From: an uncultured Verrucomicrobiae bacterium
GTDB lineage: Bacteria > Verrucomicrobiota > Verrucomicrobiia > Limisphaerales > Palsa-1400
Assembly: GCA_963707025.1 (NCBI GenBank)
Contig: CAVPOM010000004.1
Location: forward strand, 512,001 to 576,000
DNA length: 64,000 nt
Direction: 5' to 3'
Part shown: one piece after another, positions 60,846 to 64,000 of the stretch
How the letters are laid out: each line of letters starts with the position of its first letter
How positions within the stretch are numbered: position 1 is the stretch's first letter
Position numbers and translations under genes: made by a program
The notes under the pieces: generated by a model
What the model was told of the DNA's origin: nothing
The model's database searches: none
What the model saw: only the letters and a program-made list of their open reading frames with translations

Positions 60846-61784
60846 ATGAAATCCGCTCACCTTGGGCAAACGCCTCTGGATTCCCGTCAGCTAAACGCCT
60901 TTGTCAGTCTGGCGCGCACGGGCAGCTTTAAGGAGACAGCGGCGGAACTTTTCCTGACGCACTCGGCCATCAGCCATACCATGCGCTCTTTGGAAGAAGA
61001 AGTGGGCTGTAGATTATTGACCAGAATGAGCAAAAGAGTGGTGCTGACTGACATGGGGGAGGCTCTTTTGCACCATGCTGAACATGGCCTCAAAGAATTC
61101 GCCAAGGCGCGGGAAACCCTCGACCACCTTAAGCAATGGGGGGCGCCCCGGCTTCGGGTTGGAGCGGATGCGAGCGTTTCCCGGCAATTGCTTCCCTTGG
61201 TCTTGAGCCAGGCGCGGCAGGCGCATCCCCGGCTGCGTTTCACCACGCGCGTGGTTCGACCTTGGGAAGCAGTGGCCAGCCTGGCGAACGAAGAACTGGA
61301 CCTGGTTTTGGGCGAATCTCAGAAGACAATTCCAGAAATTGCCTTCACCACGCTTTTTGAAGATTCATTGCGCGTCGTGGTCGCGGCCTCTCATCGCTGG
61401 GCCGCGCGGGGCAGGATCGCGCCGGGTGAACTGGCCAGGGAACCCTGCTTGCTTACTAGCAAATCTCATCCGACCAGCCGGTTGATAGAGCGCTATTTTG
61501 CCGCCGAACAAATCGAGTTGAATGCCATCGCCGAGATGGACAGTTTTGATGGGATCAAAGAACTGGTCAAGGACGGAACCGCCATCAGCGTGCTGCCGTT
61601 GTGGGTCGTGCAAGATGATCTGGCTGCGGGGGTTTTGGCCGAGTTTCCGCCGGGCCGGCGCGCCTTGACTCAGGCCTGGGGACTCTACCGCTGGCGCAGC
61701 CGTCCTGTCGCCGTGGTGGAAAACAGCTTTCGCGTCTTGTGCGAAGCGGCCGCAGGCAACATGATCAAGACAACCACCACTTGA
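60846..61784 (+). CDS. LysR-family transcriptional regulator
   Basis: LDSRQLNAF...GSFKETAAELFLTHSAISHTMRSLEEEVG HTH + substrate-binding domain. Confidence 0.93.
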   Translation: MKSAHLGQTPLDSRQLNAFVSLARTGSFKETAAELFLTHSAISHTMRSLEEEVGCRLLTRMSKRVVLTDMGEALLHHAEHGLKEFAKARETLDHLKQWGAPRLRVGADASVSRQLLPLVLSQARQAHPRLRFTTRVVRPWEAVASLANEELDLVLGESQKTIPEIAFTTLFEDSLRVVVAASHRWAARGRIAPGELAREPCLLTSKSHPTSRLIERYFAAEQIELNAIAEMDSFDGIKELVKDGTAISVLPLWVVQDDLAAGVLAEFPPGRRALTQAWGLYRWRSRPVAVVENSFRVLCEAAAGNMIKTTTT

Positions 61785-61936
61785 TTGGGATTCTCGCCCA
61801 GAAGGCGGCACAGTGGCACCATGGCAAAGCCCTTTCCAGTTGGCTGTTTCAAGCCACGCGGTTAACGGCGAATAATTTTGTCAGGAGCGAATGCCGGCGC
61901 CACCGCCAGGAGGAGGAGGCACAAGTGCAATCTATT

Positions 61937-62239
61937 TTAGGTGAACTTCCACAAAACGCTCCCCGTCGCCGCGTCGAAGCAATAAAGCGTGGCATTCGTG
62001 CCGTTGTTCCCCGAGGCATAGACGCGAGCCTTTGCGACGCTAATCGGCGCGTAACCGACCCCAAGTGACGCCTTCCACAACACCTTCGGCCCTTCATCCC
62101 CCCATTTCGCCACCCAGCCCGTCTCAGTGGAAATGCCATTGTGAGCAGGCCCCCGGTAATTGGGCCAATCCGCCGCGCGCGCATAACGACCGCCCAAGCC
62201 GGCCGCCACCATCAAGCCCAAAGGGAGAATCCTCTTCAT
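61937..62239 (-). pseudogene. Truncated PQQ-like beta-propeller protein (N-terminal 100 aa)
   Basis: Signal + ADWPNYRGP.HNGIS, VLWKASLG, LYCFDAATGSVLWK, then stop. Confidence 0.7.
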
Positions 62240-62248
62240 CCTCCGAGG

Positions 62249-62548
62249 TTAGGCAGAACATACACGGCGAGTCAATTTCTCCAATGCTCTTCTGCTCCAG
62301 CCCGCACTGAGCTTTCCCACCAACGCGAACGCGCTGTCGTTGTGCAGTTTTGTTTTCTCGGGTGTGCTGGCCTTGAAAACCTGGTACGGATCGGTGGTGC
62401 TGCAAAGGATCACGGCCCGGTTGCCGTCCGGCTTCAGCTTGCGCTGTGGCTTGTTTTCAGCCCTTCTGAGCGAATCCAGAAATCTTATGTCATCCCACGG
62501 ACGGAACGGCGCTGCTCTCCGCATGGACGGCGGAGTAGTGCGCGGCAC
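62249..62548 (-). pseudogene. Internal fragment of an SPL-like radical SAM gene
   Basis: AVILCSTTDPYQV motif; no CxxxCxxC or C-terminal part. Confidence 0.45.
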
Positions 62549-62854
62549 TGCATGAGATGCTTCCAGATTCGCGGATGACGCCAGGCTGCCGATTGACTGC
62601 CGGTTGAGCCGGGTCGCGGATTACCAGGGCGAATTCAGCGTTGTCAGAGCGATGCGAGAAATGGGGTTCCCGAGCCGGAGACGAAGGATTGGCGCCAGTC
62701 GCTCAGGAGAACAAAGCCGGCACCATCTCTTCGCGCACCTGATTCAAGCCGATTTGGGTTTTGGCAGGAGGAATTCCTCTTGCAAAATGGATTACTCTAA
62801 TGGACATTATTCGCGTCGTAGTTGTGACAAAAAGCCGTTGCCTGCCAGACTGCC

Positions 62855-63295
62855 ATGAAGGCCAGCCAGCAAGAAACATGGGATGCCGCACAGACGGTTG
62901 AATCGGTTCAACGCGAGTTGAAACGGTGCCGGGGCGAACTGGACGAAGGCCGAAAGGGCCTGGAACAAATGGGCCGTTCGGCGGCGTTGTTCGCTGGAGA
63001 AAACCGGCTTCTGGAGATGATCGCCTCGGGTGATCCGCTTTCCGCCGTGCTGGATGCGTTGGGCCGGCTGGTCGAGGCACTTTCGAGCGGTTGTCTTTGT
63101 TCGATTCTCCTGTTGGATGCGAATGGCGACCGGCTGTGGCATGGCGCTGCGCCCAGCCTTCCGGCCAGTTACACCAAGGCCATTGACGGCAGTGCCATTG
63201 ACTCGCAGAAAGGCCCGTGCGCGCCGGCCGCCGATCGGAGTGTCGTCGCGGTGCTCGGGCTCGGCGGACTGGGGCATGATGGAGGCATCCCATGA
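62855..63295 (+). pseudogene. Truncated GAF-domain sensor protein
   Basis: RLLEMIASGDPLSAVLDAL...CSILLLD...LWHGAAPSLP; similarity lost after KGPC. Confidence 0.7.
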
Positions 63296-63465
63296 ACACA
63301 AACTCGAGCAAACTCGCAGGCAAGGCGGCCGTGGTCACCGGAGCGTCCAAAGGCATCGGCGCGGCCATCGCAAAACGACTTCCAGCCCATGCGTCAAGGG
63401 CGCAAGCACGATCAACAAACGAGGCGAATGCACGAGGCGAATTCCCTGAAAAGGTCCGACGATGA
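63292..63465 (+). pseudogene. N-terminal fragment of a short-chain dehydrogenase
   Basis: KLAGKAAVVTGASKGIGAAIAKRL, then unrelated sequence and stop at 57 aa. Confidence 0.7.
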
Positions 63466-63493
63466 AAAAACAGAGAATGAAAGGACACAGAAT

Positions 63494-64000
63494 ATGACAA
63501 TTCAAACCGGCGCACTCAAGTACCCGGCCCTTGCCCAGCAACTGCTCGACGCCATTGATGAGCAGTTCGGGCTGCACCCCGGCTTTCGGCCCGCACATGC
63601 CAAAGGGCTGATGTGCTCGGGCACCTTCACGCCGTCGGCCGAGGCGGCGAAGTTGACCCGCGCCCCGCACGCCAGCCGCCCCTCCACTCCCGTGACAGTG
63701 CGCTACTCGAATTCGACGGGCGTGCCGACCATTCCCGACAACGATCCGAAGCGTTCCAGTCCCAGGGGGATGGCCACTCGCTTCCACCTGGCGGAGCACG
63801 AGCACACCGACATCGTCGCACACTCCACCGACGGCTTCCCGGTTCGCACCGGCGAGGAGTTCCTGGAGTTGATCCGCGCCGTCACAGCCTTCATGGGGGG
63901 CCGGCCCGAGGCGCTCGGATCGTTCCTCGCCGCCCATCCGAACGCCAAGCGGTTTGTCGAAACGCCCACACCGATCCCGACCAGTTTCGCGCGGGAGGCC
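63494..64000 (+). CDS. Catalase-related heme peroxidase (SrpA-like), 3' truncated by window
   Basis: Own translation: GLHPGFRPAHAKG...VTVRYSNSTG...PRGMATRF; open to window end. Confidence 0.85.
   Translation, partial: MTIQTGALKYPALAQQLLDAIDEQFGLHPGFRPAHAKGLMCSGTFTPSAEAAKLTRAPHASRPSTPVTVRYSNSTGVPTIPDNDPKRSSPRGMATRFHLAEHEHTDIVAHSTDGFPVRTGEEFLELIRAVTAFMGGRPEALGSFLAAHPNAKRFVETPTPIPTSFAREA

Overview
GC-rich bacterial DNA. The gene families (prepilin H-X9-DG protein, GloVer-type repeats, ECF sigma/Ser-Thr kinase pair, '...FYR' C-terminal domains) suggest a Pedosphaera-like Verrucomicrobiota genome (inference). Left to right: (1) two tail-to-tail GH2 genes and an SGNH/TPR gene. (2) An 8.5-kb integrase-less segment bounded by 41-bp identical direct repeats made of a tRNA-Gly 3' fragment plus an IHF-consensus site. 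It carries an ECF sigma factor, three matching ECF-type promoters, secreted cargo and a membrane Ser/Thr kinase; circularisation would place sigma directly upstream of the kinase. (3) CE15 esterase, prenyltransferase-fold protein, lipoprotein and M61 peptidase. (4) A tightly coupled 25.6-kb five-gene secreted-protein operon, headed by a 5755-aa adhesin-like protein ending in an atypical Hint domain (C...HD, no toxin tip). (5) An IS630 element. (6) A porin-urtABCDE-ureD-ureAB-ureC-ureF-ureG cluster of plant-like type lacking ureE, with a divergent LysR. (7) A run of gene fragments and a partial catalase-like gene. Four single-base frameshifts in otherwise intact genes are probably assembly errors. 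No CRISPR array, rRNA or complete tRNA was seen.
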